Under the pieces are notes generated by a model that worked only from the letters and a program-made list of their open reading frames with translations, was not told the origin of the DNA and did not search any database. Positions 62,162 to 64,000 of a DNA stretch of 64,000 nucleotides are shown here, piece by piece. Location: positions 91,016,001 through 91,080,000 of the forward strand of contig CM097888.1 of assembly GCA_044892525.1 (NCBI GenBank), given 5' to 3'. A program made the translations under genes and the position numbers. How positions within the stretch are numbered: the stretch's first letter is position 1; each line of letters starts with the position of its first letter. The stretch comes from Schmidtea polychroa (lineage: Eukaryota).

Positions 62162-62618
62162 ATGGTAAGAATATTTTATTTATCATTATGTATTTATAAG
62201 ACAAATTAAAGACCTGCAAACGAAGAAATCACGGACGTAACAAAAAGGGACGTGGACACGTCAAATTTATTCGATGCACAAATTGTGGTAAATGCTGCCC
62301 CAAAGATAAGTCTATCAAAAAATTTGTTGTTAGAAATGTTGTTGAAGCAGCTGCCGTTAGAGATATGACTGATGCCAGCGTCTACTCAAGTAAAACTTTA
62401 AAATTAAATTAATAACCTAATTTCTATAATAATTTCTAGGCTACCCATTACCAAAATTGTACAACAAAATGCACTATTGCATTTCATGTGCTATTCATAA
62501 CAAAGTAGTTAGAAATAGAAGCAGAGAATCAAGACGTGATAGAAATCCACCAGCTCGATTCACCCGTACTCAGAAAAATGCCAAGCCATTTGGACAAGCT
62601 AAACCTGTCAAGGCTTAA
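62162..62618 (+). CDS. RPS26: 40S ribosomal protein S26 (eS26), 3 exons, 119 aa
   Basis: Exons 62162-62164, 62212-62389, 62440-62618 with introns of 47 and 50 nt. [52 protein letters not shown]...[24 protein letters not shown] at 62627. Confidence 0.97.
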
Positions 62619-62899
62619 TTTTTTTCAATAAAATTTGGATTTAATTACTTTTATTATATAAATTAAATATTTATCTGGCATTTATAATTGTTTTCCATTG
62701 CAATTTTGTATCAGATCTCTATTAATGTTTGATCCAGCTTTATCCAATTGGTTCAGAATGCTTATTATGGTTATCTGTATGTCATGAAGGTAACAGTAGT
62801 TATGATACAAATGTGACACCTCCAATGGATGTGAGATACGCATTAATAACTATTTTATATTCTTATTGTCAAGCATTTGTTAAATTTTGAAATGCCGGG

Positions 62900-63990
62900 T
62901 AAAATATCCAATCAGTAATAATTGAAATTTCTAAATGATGGAATCAAATTTCATGATAGAAATTTAATATTATCAAGAAAATAATTTCACAAATATCCCA
63001 GCTGACCTTTGGCGGATTTTATCTCGGATTCGGGTGACCTTGGCAGCAATAAAAACAATTTGAATTTGAGTAAATAATATTTATACGTTTTTGAGGCATT
63101 AGAATAATCTAAAACCTTCATTTTGTCTTGTTATAATTAATTTGTATTTTTAATGTTGTATAAGGATTTCTTTTTAAGTTTTAATTAATATATTTATAAC
63201 TTTGCCTATCAATCATTTGATTAAAATTATTGCATCAATGTGAACCCGTTTAGCAATTCTATGATTTTCTACCATTGCTCTGATGGTTTCTTGATCGCTC
63301 CCTGGTTTTAAATTGAGCTTTCTCGAGTGCTTTGATGAAGGTTGGAGATATGTCGCTTCAATTCTTCTGTATTAACTCAACCTGGGCGAGCCGGTTCTGA
63401 TGTATAATAGTTCCACCGTAAATGATTTTGTTGTAATTATATATAATAATAAGTGTAACCGCCTCAGTTGAGTATTTAATGAGAATAATTTTTGTTTATT
63501 TATTGCAACAAGTCAGGATTAAAAATATACGTTTAAATTTAATAAATTCTTTATCCAGTTATATAATCTTGAATAAAATAAGAAAAAAATTAGTGAAAAT
63601 AAATTATCCTTTTTCTCAAATTCTCCATGTTTCTATGAAAGTCTCCCCGGGTGATTGAGGTGGCCACCCTAATAATAAAAAAAAGTAATGAATATTTGAT
63701 TTAATAAAAAGATTCATTGGCAAGATGTAACGAAATAAATGAATTGTTAGAGCTCCTCCCGAATTTAACTGCACTCGTAATTTATCGGCTTCTCATCTAG
63801 ATCATAAATACTGAAAACTTTGGAATCTAAAATTAATTCAGGCATATTTATCAAAAATTTCATCGTTAATATTATCAAATTGTGTAGTCAATGCTTACTA
63901 TTATTTTCATTTTCTGATCAGCAACCGCTCCTCGAAACTCCATTTCCAAGGACCTCGTCAATTAGTTTATTTACCAGTTTAAATTTACTT
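62900..63990 (-). other. Probable multi-exon host gene of unknown identity, convergent with RPS26
   Basis: GC-richer open blocks bounded by GT/AG, e.g. RIEATYLQPSSKHSRKLNLKPGSDQETIRAMVENHRIAKR, VATSITRGDFHRNMENLRKR, AAKVTRIRDKIRQRSAG. The exon chain is not resolved. Confidence 0.4.
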
Positions 63991-64000
63991 ATAGGACCGT

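Overview
AT-rich eukaryotic (invertebrate-like) genomic DNA with ~43-51 nt minimal introns and many N runs. The species cannot be fixed from the sequence. The dominant feature is a large minus-strand host gene, hidden from the ORF track by splicing. Two 5' exons (49613-49459, 49415-48815) encode a possible Ig-like region plus a divergent fibronectin type III (FN3) domain. These are followed by at least nine near-identical, reading-frame-intact, two-exon FN3 cassettes (129-130 aa each, phase 1 to phase 1, internal 49-nt intron) scattered from 37.5 kb down to 4.2 kb. The gene's 5' end was not located and its 3' end appears to lie beyond the window start. Each domain carries an unusual Cx7Cx2C...C insert and up to ~7 N-glycosylation sequons. 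The cassette array grew by nested segmental duplications and is interleaved with transposons: Ty3/gypsy LTR elements (four copies in the window, one a near-intact 5.17-kb element with 244/245 identical LTRs and a TACAG TSD), Penelope-like GIY-YIG retroelements, hAT relics (one nested in another), a piggyBac-type MITE, a processed-looking AAMP/SQT1-like WD40 fragment and a 2.3-kb 20-bp satellite. An intact three-exon RPS26 gene lies at 62162-62618. No rRNA, tRNA or CRISPR array was found.
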